Source: Deltaproteobacteria bacterium
GTDB lineage: Bacteria; Desulfobacterota; Desulfobacteria; Desulfobacterales; Desulfatirhabdiaceae
Direction of reading: 5' to 3'
NCBI GenBank assembly: GCA_021778975.1
Contig: JAJYBO010000001.1
Location: 1 to 46,891 of the forward strand
DNA: 46,891 nt
The stretch's first letter is position 1, and the number at the start of each line of letters is the position of its first letter. The notes beneath the pieces are model-generated. The model was not told the origin of the DNA and did no database searches. It saw only the letters and a program-made list of their open reading frames with translations. The position numbers and the translations under genes were made by a program. This document shows positions 40,034 through 46,891 of the stretch, in pieces.

Positions 40034-40041
40034 AACAATGC

Positions 40042-40107
40042 CCGCATGGATGTTCTGAATATCGTCCGCTACTGACATTCGGAACATCCATGCGGTACTT
40101 TTCGTTT
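40042..40107 (+). terminator. Terminator hairpin after tatA
   Basis: CCGCATGGATGTTC (40042..40055) pairs perfectly with GAACATCCATGCGG (40082..40095), followed by TACTTTTCGTTTC. The loop is large (26 nt). Confidence 0.55.
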
Positions 40108-40177
40108 CAGGCCCGCCGCTCAAATGTTCATCTATGCGCTAAATCTCATTCATGTGCTGTATGCGATAAAAAAAATC

Positions 40178-40206
40178 TTGCCTTTTGCATCTTTGTTATT
40201 TATACA
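40178..40206 (+). promoter_or_regulatory. Candidate promoter of the mvhD-glt-like cluster
   Basis: TTGCCT (40178..40183), a 17-nt spacer, then TATACA (40201..40206). This would give a ~300-nt T-rich leader before the mvhD-like gene. Confidence 0.3.
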
Positions 40207-40508
40207 CCCCATAAAGAAGTCAATGCCGACTTCCGCTGTAACGGGACCAGCACCTCAAAGACGAGATGCTTCCGGGTTTTAAAATGAGCCTTATCGCAGA
40301 TATGTCAAAACTGCTGTGGGGGTGTTCATTTCGCTGATTCACCCGCCACAAGTCTTCAGCCAAACCCACCAACCTGTTCAGGCTTTCCGGACCAACGCCG
40401 CTCCTTTTTTCTGTCTGCTTTTCCTTTTTTAACGTTCTGTTTTTTGATGGCCGTCACTCCACGATGGCTTCAAAACGAAAAGTTTGACGTCACTGACAAG
40501 GAATGCCG

Positions 40509-40913
40509 ATGAAACCACAGATTGTGTTGTATTGCTGTACCAATTCCACGACGTTTTCCGGAGAAGATATCGAAAAACGGATTCCCGGAAATCTGGCCGA
40601 CTTCAAAATTTCCCGCCTTCCCTGCTCCGGCCGCACCGACACGCTGTACATGGTTCGAGCGATCGAAAACGGAGCCGATATGGTCATGGTAATTGCCTGT
40701 CCGGATGGTTGCTGCCAGTTTCTGGAAGGAAACCGCCGCGCCCGGATGCGAGTGCGATATGCCAACCGGCTTCTCGCTGAGGCCGGGATCGGAGATGACC
40801 GCATTCACATGGTCAATGTGGATCCCGCCGATGACCAGATTCTGACGACCGCGCTGCAAAAAATCGTTGTCAGAGCGCTGGATATGGGGCCGTGGTTAAC
40901 CACATCCTCTTGA
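40509..40913 (+). CDS. MvhD/FlpD-type iron-sulfur protein (methyl-viologen-reducing hydrogenase delta-subunit family)
   Basis: Track ORF 40503..40913; the second ATG (40509) has AAGGA 6 nt upstream. IVLYCCTNS...ISRLPCSGRTD..YMVRAIENGADMVMVIACPDGCCQFLEGNRRA..R matches the MvhD pattern (F.C.WC...v.C.Grvd....A...GADGV.v.GC..g.C.y..GN). Confidence 0.75.
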   Translation: MKPQIVLYCCTNSTTFSGEDIEKRIPGNLADFKISRLPCSGRTDTLYMVRAIENGADMVMVIACPDGCCQFLEGNRRARMRVRYANRLLAEAGIGDDRIHMVNVDPADDQILTTALQKIVVRALDMGPWLTTSS

Positions 40914-40968
40914 AATATTGTGTTTTTTAAGGTTTCCAACGAAATAACGAGAAGGTGGAAATACGCAG

Positions 40969-42360
40969 ATGCCCAAGAAATACCATATCAAACCAACCCC
41001 TGCCGCCCCGCGTTTCATTCCCGTGGGCCGGTCGGGAATCATAGACTGGGAAGAAGATTGCCTGAAATGCACCACCTGCGTCAAAAAACGCTGTCTGTAC
41101 GACGTTTATAAAAATCGCGCGTATGACGCCAGAACTCTGGTAGATTCCATAGACTACCAGTGCAAGAACTGTTTCAGTTGTATTCAAAACTGTCCTCGCG
41201 GCGTTTTGTCCAAAACCATCAATCCCGAATTTCTCCGAATGGGAGACGCCTACTGGAAGCCCGATATCATTCACAACACCTGGTTTCAGGCAGAAACCGG
41301 CAGAATCCCGGTTTCCGGAGCGGGTTATCGAGGGCCGTTCAGCGGCCCCGGTTTCGACGCCATGTGGACGGATATGTCAGAGATTGTCCGTCCCACACGA
41401 GATGGCATTCATGGACGCGAATACATCAGCACCGCCATTGATATCGGCAGAAAGCAGCACCATATAGAATTTGACGCCAGCGGCGCCGCGCGGATAGAAA
41501 TGCCACCGCTTGTGGAAATACCGCTGCCGGTGATATTCAATCCACTGCCATTCGGCAATATCGGTATATCTGTCACGCTGTCCATGGCCGCGGCAGCGCG
41601 GCAAATTGGTGGATTGATGTACGTCACCCCAGAGACATACGCCCCCTTTCTGAAACCATTCATGTCCCAGCTCGTTCCCCTGATACCGGCGGACATGGAT
41701 GTGAACGCTCCCATGCTTCAGGGCGTCCGGATGGTGGAACTGCATTACGCTCCCGATATTCTGGCACAAGTACAGCGATTGAAAAGTCACTGTTCGGAGC
41801 GTGTGGTCTCGATCAGAGTGCCTCTGAATCCAGACGCAAAAACCATTACGGCCGCGCTGACGCGAGGCGGCGTGGAAGTCGTTCACCTGTTTGCCGATTA
41901 TCGCGGCAATGAATTTGTGGACGGCGATTCCCCGCGGTTTGTCAAAGATGCATTAAGAGATGTGCATACGCATCTGGTAAACGAATGTATCCGTGACGAG
42001 GTGACACTGATCGTCAGCGGCGGTATCGCCCTGGCGGAACACTTGCCCAAAGCCATTATTTGCGGCGCGGACGGCGCCGCCATTGACCTGCCGCTTCTCA
42101 TCGCGCTTGAATGCCGTGTGTGCAAACGCTGTGTGACCGGAAAGTCCTGCCCTGTCGAACTTCAAAATCTGGATCCGGCGTATGGCGCCCAGCGCATCGT
42201 AAATCTGATGTGCAGTTGGTGGAGTCAATTGATCGAGTTGATGGGCGCAATGGGCATCCGCGATGTCCGGCGAGTGCGCGGTGAAGCAGGCAGGGCCATG
42301 TTTTTTGAAGATCTGGAAAGAGATACATTTGGCGCTATTTTTGGCGGACAATCAAAATAA
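40969..42360 (+). CDS. Ferredoxin-domain + glutamate-synthase FMN-domain-like protein, divergent paralog lacking the FMN/substrate motifs
   Basis: 463 aa, collinear with the next ORF. It has N-terminal Cys clusters (CLKCTTCVKKRC and CKNCFSCIQNCP) and retains SGGI and LECRVCKRCVTGKSCP. VELHYAPD replaces FKYAQGAKPGLGGH, and ADYRGNEF replaces DGSYGGTGAAP. Confidence 0.7.
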   Translation: MPKKYHIKPTPAAPRFIPVGRSGIIDWEEDCLKCTTCVKKRCLYDVYKNRAYDARTLVDSIDYQCKNCFSCIQNCPRGVLSKTINPEFLRMGDAYWKPDIIHNTWFQAETGRIPVSGAGYRGPFSGPGFDAMWTDMSEIVRPTRDGIHGREYISTAIDIGRKQHHIEFDASGAARIEMPPLVEIPLPVIFNPLPFGNIGISVTLSMAAAARQIGGLMYVTPETYAPFLKPFMSQLVPLIPADMDVNAPMLQGVRMVELHYAPDILAQVQRLKSHCSERVVSIRVPLNPDAKTITAALTRGGVEVVHLFADYRGNEFVDGDSPRFVKDALRDVHTHLVNECIRDEVTLIVSGGIALAEHLPKAIICGADGAAIDLPLLIALECRVCKRCVTGKSCPVELQNLDPAYGAQRIVNLMCSWWSQLIELMGAMGIRDVRRVRGEAGRAMFFEDLERDTFGAIFGGQSK

Positions 42361-42374
42361 GGAGTATTCATACC

Positions 42375-43841
42375 GTGACGGCGGAAATCAAAAAAACAGC
42401 TTCACGATTTCGTCACACCATCGGTAAATACCGGGTGGTGCGCGGCAGGCAATGTAAAAGCTGTGCGGGCTGCGTGGTGACCTGTCCGCATGGCGTTCAT
42501 TTCAAGGCCGGCGCCCGCATGGGAACCCCGCGGGACTATCTTTGCGTAGGGCCGGATATTTGCAAACAACACGGAACATATTGCGTCGAAAAATGCCCCA
42601 ACGCAGCGCTGTCGGTTGCCATCAACCCGCAGATCAAAGCACTTGGAGATTTCCGCTGGACAGCGGAACTTCTCATGAGTACCTGGTATCAGGCGGAAAC
42701 CGGAGAACTTCCCACTGTGGATATGGAATATCGGGTGGGAAATTCCGGCGGCGGCTTCGATAAACTCCGCCTGAAATATCCTGAAACACTACCGTCAGAG
42801 ATTGCGGCAGACGATATTGACACCAGTATCGAACTGAACAAGCGCGAGGATAACGCCCATCGCATCACCATTTCACTGCCGCTGTATCAGGGCGGAATGT
42901 CCTTTGGTTCCGTCAGTGACAACACCATGATCTCCCGCGCAAAAGCCGCGATGCTGTGGAATACGTTCGGATGCACAGGAGAAGGCGGATATCCCGAATT
43001 TCTCTATCCGTTCGACCGGCACATGATCACCCAGGTAGCCACCGGTTTGTTCGGGGTGAAGGAAGAAACGGTTCAACGGGTGCGGATTGTCGAGTTCAAA
43101 TATGCCCAGGGAGCAAAACCCGGTCTGGGCGGGCATCTTCTGGGCGATAAAGTAACGGAACGGGTCGCCAAAATGAGAGAAGCCGTCAGGGGCAGCGCGC
43201 TGTTTTCACCTTTTCCCTTTCACAGCGTCTATTCGGTGGAAGACCACAAGAAACATGTGGACTGGATCAAAGCCATGAATCCGAAGGCGCTGGTGTCCGT
43301 CAAGGTTTCCACGCCGGCCGATGTGGACATGGTGGCCATCGGCAGTTACTATGCCGGCGCACACATCGTACATCTGGACGGCAGCTACGGCGGCACTGGC
43401 GCGGCGCCGGATATCGCCAAAAAGAATATCGCCATGCCCATCGAATACGCCATTCCCAAAGTACATCGTTTTTTGGTGGAAGAAGGTGTCCGGGACAGAG
43501 TAACGCTGATCGCGAGCGGCGGCATTCGAACGGCGCATGATATCCTCAAGGCCATTGCCCTGGGCGCGGACGGGGTTGTTGAAGGCACCGCCGGCATGGT
43601 GGCGCTGGAGTGTACCCGATGCAGCTCCTGTGAAAGCGGTCGCGGCTGTCCGCGGGGCATTGCGACCACAGATCCGGAACTGGCAGAAATGATGACCGTG
43701 GAATGGGGCGCCCAGCGTGTCTATAATCTGTACGCATCCTGGCGTAAGCAAATTGTCGCCGAACTTCGGAAACTGGGGATGCGCAGCATCCGCGAACTGG
43801 TGGGCAGAACCGACTGTCTGCGTCATCTGGACTACAACTGA
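42375..43841 (+). CDS. Glutamate synthase FMN-binding (GltB domain 2) protein with N-terminal 2x[4Fe-4S] ferredoxin domain (archaeal-type)
   Basis: 488 aa, GTG start with GGAG 10 nt upstream. Cys motifs: CKSCAGCVVTCP and CVGPDICKQHGTYCVEKCP. Catalytic-domain motifs: QGGMSFGS, KYAQGAKPGLGGHLLG, LDGSYGGTGAAP, ASGGIRT, LECTRCSSCESGRGCPRGIATTD. Confidence 0.8.
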   Translation: MTAEIKKTASRFRHTIGKYRVVRGRQCKSCAGCVVTCPHGVHFKAGARMGTPRDYLCVGPDICKQHGTYCVEKCPNAALSVAINPQIKALGDFRWTAELLMSTWYQAETGELPTVDMEYRVGNSGGGFDKLRLKYPETLPSEIAADDIDTSIELNKREDNAHRITISLPLYQGGMSFGSVSDNTMISRAKAAMLWNTFGCTGEGGYPEFLYPFDRHMITQVATGLFGVKEETVQRVRIVEFKYAQGAKPGLGGHLLGDKVTERVAKMREAVRGSALFSPFPFHSVYSVEDHKKHVDWIKAMNPKALVSVKVSTPADVDMVAIGSYYAGAHIVHLDGSYGGTGAAPDIAKKNIAMPIEYAIPKVHRFLVEEGVRDRVTLIASGGIRTAHDILKAIALGADGVVEGTAGMVALECTRCSSCESGRGCPRGIATTDPELAEMMTVEWGAQRVYNLYASWRKQIVAELRKLGMRSIRELVGRTDCLRHLDYN

Positions 43842-43937
43842 AGGGGACGATAGACAACGGGCAGCGGATAATGGATATATTTCGTGTTCCCCCGCCGCCT
43901 TCGATCGTCCCCCGTTTTTATGGGAGATACCGTTAGC

Positions 43938-46607
43938 ATGAGGACATATAGCAAAGAATGCTCTGCAGCAGACAGCATTCTGGCTTCCCGAAGACGGATG
44001 CTGCACGAATTCCCTCCGCCCTCCGGCGTCAAAGTCGAAGAAGAAGGTGGATGCGGTGTAACCGGCTTTGCCTGTTCCATCCCCGTGGGCGGCAAACACA
44101 TTTTCGAGCCGTCGAAACAGATGCACAATCGCGGCAACGGCAAGGGGGGCGGTATTGCCGCGGTGGGGTTCGAACCCGAAGCGCTGGGAGTATCCCGGGA
44201 AGTTCTGGATACCCATTATATGCTTCAAATCGCGTTGATTGACCCACAGGATAAATCTGTCGTAAGGGCGGTGGAAGAAGAATTCATCCTGCCCTATCTG
44301 GATATCGCCACATCGGAAATGATCCCCACCATTGACGATTATCGCGATATTCCAGGTCTGGACGTGCAGCCGCCAGATGTCATGCGCTACTTTGTCCGTG
44401 TAAAACCGGGCGTACTGCATGATTTTATAGCCAGCAACCATTTCGAGAACCTGAAACCGGACAGGGCCGAAGATGAATTCATGTGCCAGAACGCTTTCAA
44501 GCTCAACACCCGGTTTTATTCCACGCTTGGCGACAAAAAAGCTTTTGTAATGTCACATGGCAAGAACATGATGATTCTCAAAATTGTGGGATATGCGGAG
44601 TTGGTGGCCAGTTATTACAGGTTGGAAGACTTCAAATCCCATATCTGGATTGCACATCAGCGCTATCCCACCAAGGGCCGTGTATGGCATCCGGGCGGTG
44701 CGCATCCGTTCAGTGGTATGCATGAAGCCCTGGTTCATAACGGTGATTTCGCCAATTATCATTCGGTTTGTGAATATCTCAAACAGAGAAATTTATATCC
44801 TCTGTTTCATACGGATACCGAAGCCTCTGTTCTGATGCTGGATCTTCTGAACCGTGTTTATGGGTATCCCCTGGAGTATATCATCGAAGCACTGGCGCCG
44901 ACCACGGAAGCCGATTTTGACAAACTGCCCGCGGACAAGCAGAAAGTTTACCGGGCTATCCAGGCGGCGCATATTCACGGATCACCGGACGGCCCCTGGT
45001 TCTTCATCATCGCGCGGAACGACCCGTATCAAAACCAATTTCAACTGATCGGCATCACCGATACCGCCATGCTGCGGCCGCAGGTATTCGCGCTTCAGGA
45101 AGGCGATGTGCAAATCGGGCTGGTCTGTTCTGAAAAGCAGGCCATTGACGCCACCCTTGACAGCCTGGCCAAAGAAGATCCCCGGTTCTGCACGGTATGC
45201 GACAAATACTGGAACGCCCGGGGTGGCAGTCATACCGACGGCGGCGCCTTCGTTTTTACGGTCAAATCTGAAAATGGCGCAATGCGCCTGACCTGCACCG
45301 ACAAATTCGGCAATATACGGACCGCCGCCGCCAAAGACAAACTCCTATGCGACACTACGACGGCGGTGACACGCCCGCCGGAAGAGTCTTACATCCGCCG
45401 CGAATTGAATCGCCTGTTTCAGACTTCGGCGGTGGATGTGTTTCAGTATGTGGCCACAGCCATGCTGACATGGGATTACGATACCCTCCGATGGGGGTGC
45501 AGCGAAATAACGACAATAGCGGCCCGCGGGGATGCTGAAAAAGCGCTGGCCATCGAAGCGCTGACCCTGCTGAACGACCGGATTTTCGATGTCGGCGATA
45601 AAAAACGGGCATGGGTATTGTGGATGATCCGCGGCGCCCTGAAGGATATTTTCGCTGCATGTCCGGCCTTCGATCAACCTGCCGGGGGGCAATATCGTTA
45701 CATTGATTTCAAAACGCGAAAAATGTTGCGGGCGCCTCTCAACGGCGAGAAAATTTTGGTGGTTTATGCGCGAGAATTCGAGCCTGAAGGTGATGACTGC
45801 GATGCCCGACTTCTCTGCGACGCCCATGCCAAAGGCTGGAAGCGCTTTATCGTCTATGGATATCGCGGCCAGCGTTTCACCGGCAATGGCTTTGGGCCGG
45901 ACACCGGAGATGTGCGCATTGATGTTTACGGCAGTTCCGGAGATTATCTGGCGTCCGGTATTGACGGCATGGAAATCCATGTTCACGGCAACGCCCAGGA
46001 TCAACTGGGGCAGATCATGAAAGACGGGAAACTGGTGGTATTCGGTGATGTGGGGCAGACGTTCATGTATGGCGCCAAGGGGGGCGCCGTCTATATCATG
46101 GGTAATGCCGCCGGTCGTCCTCTGATCAATGCGGTAGGACGACCGCGCGTGGTCATCAACGGCACCGCGCTGGACTATCTGGCAGAGTCCTTCATGGCCG
46201 GAGATCCTCACGCCGGCGGCGGTTTCGTGGTGCTGAACGGCATGACGTTCACCGATAACGGAAAATTGATGGAACTGTCCACCCCTTATCCAGGCTCCAA
46301 CCTTTTCTCACTGGCCTCCGGGGGGGCTATTTTTGCGCGAGACCCTCACCAGAAGCTGACCGAAGATCAGCTCAATGGCGGAGAGTTCGCGGCGTTCACC
46401 GATGCGGACTGGAATCTGATTCTGCCATATCTGAAAGAAAATGAACGACTTTTCGGCATTTCCATCGAAAGAGACCTGTTGACGGTCAATGGAGTTCCAT
46501 GTACGCCTCAGGAAGTTTATCGAAAGGTGAAGGCCGTTCAGTTGACGGTTCTTACGGGCGTGCAAAAAAAGTCCGATCCCGCGGCCAAAACGGCGGCTGA
46601 CGTATGA
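43938..46607 (+). CDS. Fusion: class-II (Ntn) glutamine amidotransferase domain + unassigned middle region + GltB C-terminal GXGXG beta-helix domain
   Basis: The track ORF starts at GTG 43884; ATG 43938 has GGGAGA 10 nt upstream. GATase motifs: GGCGVTGFA, HNRGNGKGGGIA, HQRYPTKG...GAHPF..MHEALVHNGDFANY. C-terminal region: YGYRGQRF.GNG, VYGSSGDYLASGIDGMEIHVHGNAQDQLGQIMKDGKLVVFGDVGQTFMYGAKGGAVYIMGNAAGRP. The start codon is uncertain. Confidence 0.75.
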   Translation: MRTYSKECSAADSILASRRRMLHEFPPPSGVKVEEEGGCGVTGFACSIPVGGKHIFEPSKQMHNRGNGKGGGIAAVGFEPEALGVSREVLDTHYMLQIALIDPQDKSVVRAVEEEFILPYLDIATSEMIPTIDDYRDIPGLDVQPPDVMRYFVRVKPGVLHDFIASNHFENLKPDRAEDEFMCQNAFKLNTRFYSTLGDKKAFVMSHGKNMMILKIVGYAELVASYYRLEDFKSHIWIAHQRYPTKGRVWHPGGAHPFSGMHEALVHNGDFANYHSVCEYLKQRNLYPLFHTDTEASVLMLDLLNRVYGYPLEYIIEALAPTTEADFDKLPADKQKVYRAIQAAHIHGSPDGPWFFIIARNDPYQNQFQLIGITDTAMLRPQVFALQEGDVQIGLVCSEKQAIDATLDSLAKEDPRFCTVCDKYWNARGGSHTDGGAFVFTVKSENGAMRLTCTDKFGNIRTAAAKDKLLCDTTTAVTRPPEESYIRRELNRLFQTSAVDVFQYVATAMLTWDYDTLRWGCSEITTIAARGDAEKALAIEALTLLNDRIFDVGDKKRAWVLWMIRGALKDIFAACPAFDQPAGGQYRYIDFKTRKMLRAPLNGEKILVVYAREFEPEGDDCDARLLCDAHAKGWKRFIVYGYRGQRFTGNGFGPDTGDVRIDVYGSSGDYLASGIDGMEIHVHGNAQDQLGQIMKDGKLVVFGDVGQTFMYGAKGGAVYIMGNAAGRPLINAVGRPRVVINGTALDYLAESFMAGDPHAGGGFVVLNGMTFTDNGKLMELSTPYPGSNLFSLASGGAIFARDPHQKLTEDQLNGGEFAAFTDADWNLILPYLKENERLFGISIERDLLTVNGVPCTPQEVYRKVKAVQLTVLTGVQKKSDPAAKTAADV

Positions 46608-46678
46608 AATCCAAATCCGGTCAGAGGGTAGTTTTTCAAATTGTGATATCCGGAGTTCAATAACAACGAGGTGGATAC

Positions 46679-46891
46679 ATGATCGTAGCGGAACGAAAAC
46701 CATTTGAAGAAATCAGAGCCATGCTGGACGGTCGCCGGAAAATCTTTGTTCTGGGATGCGATACCTGCGTGAGCGTCTGTATGGCGGGCGGCAAGAAAGA
46801 GGTCGGTCTGCTGGCTTCTCAGTTGCGGATGCGCTTTAAAAAAGACGGGCAAAACGTCCAGGTAGATGAAGATACGGTTGAACGTCAGTGC
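46679..46891 (+). CDS. Cys-containing protein, 5' part only (ORF open at right edge); possibly MetV-like (MTHFR C-terminal-domain family)
   Basis: Absent from the ORF track because it has no stop in the window. ATG 46679 is preceded by GAGGTGG. Translation: MIVAERKPFEEIRAMLDGRRKIFVLGCDTCVSVCMAGGKKEVGLLASQLRMRFKKDGQNVQVDEDTVERQC. The resemblance to the small MetV subunit of acetogen MTHFR complexes is from memory only. Confidence 0.3.
   Translation, partial: MIVAERKPFEEIRAMLDGRRKIFVLGCDTCVSVCMAGGKKEVGLLASQLRMRFKKDGQNVQVDEDTVERQC

Noticed and set aside
40485-40492. TGACGTCA palindrome just upstream of the mvhD-like gene, considered as a CRP/FNR-type site.
   Set aside because: It is only 8 bp and does not match the TTGAT-N4-ATCAA spacing. 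It is expected by chance at this scale.
43206-44441. Long antisense ORF (411 aa) opposite the GltS-like genes. Similar antisense ORFs occur at 10961..11749, 11841..12926, 45345..46211, 36924..37709, 36210..36818, 18582..19646 and 4789..5652.
   Set aside because: Each lies entirely opposite a gene with clear family motifs and has a low-complexity, Arg/Gly/His-rich composition with no recognisable motifs. These are typical shadow ORFs of GC-biased coding regions.

Overview
The window looks like a chromosomal segment from an anaerobic Desulfobacterota-type (delta-proteobacterial) genome. That assignment is inferred from gene content only: an MvhD-type protein, split archaeal-type glutamate-synthase domains, an F1Fo operon with b/b' but no a/c genes, and FIST/PAS sensor kinases. 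Coding density is high and most genes are housekeeping. These include uvrA, tyrS, rny, zapA/zapB-like, a glmU-like gene, atpF'-F-H-A-G-D-C, rodA, aroB, a DAHP-synthase/prephenate-dehydratase fusion and tatA. Between them sit metabolic and signalling genes: CoA-transferase A/B, an HD-GYP protein, an acyltransferase-hydrolase fusion, a MarR-PPIase-ACAD-FeS unit and a FIST plus hybrid histidine kinase pair. I found no rRNA, tRNA, CRISPR array or prophage. The observations I rank highest are: (1) the co-directional cluster at 40.5-46.9 kb, which encodes an MvhD-like protein, two paralogous ferredoxin-GltS(FMN) proteins (one lacking the catalytic motifs), a GATase-GXGXG fusion and a Cys-rich gene cut by the window edge; (2) a Phe-rich 24-codon leader peptide with terminator and antiterminator hairpins upstream of the DAHPS-PDT fusion; (3) a ~155-bp structured MITE/REP-like repeat with five copies plus one fragment, where one copy supplies the last ~23 codons and the stop of uvrA and two copies bracket an AAA ATPase gene; (4) an integrase-fold/Mop-domain fusion transcribed divergently from a ChrA-family transporter; (5) a candidate 6S RNA downstream of zapA. 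All domain calls come from motif recognition by eye, and no database search was run.
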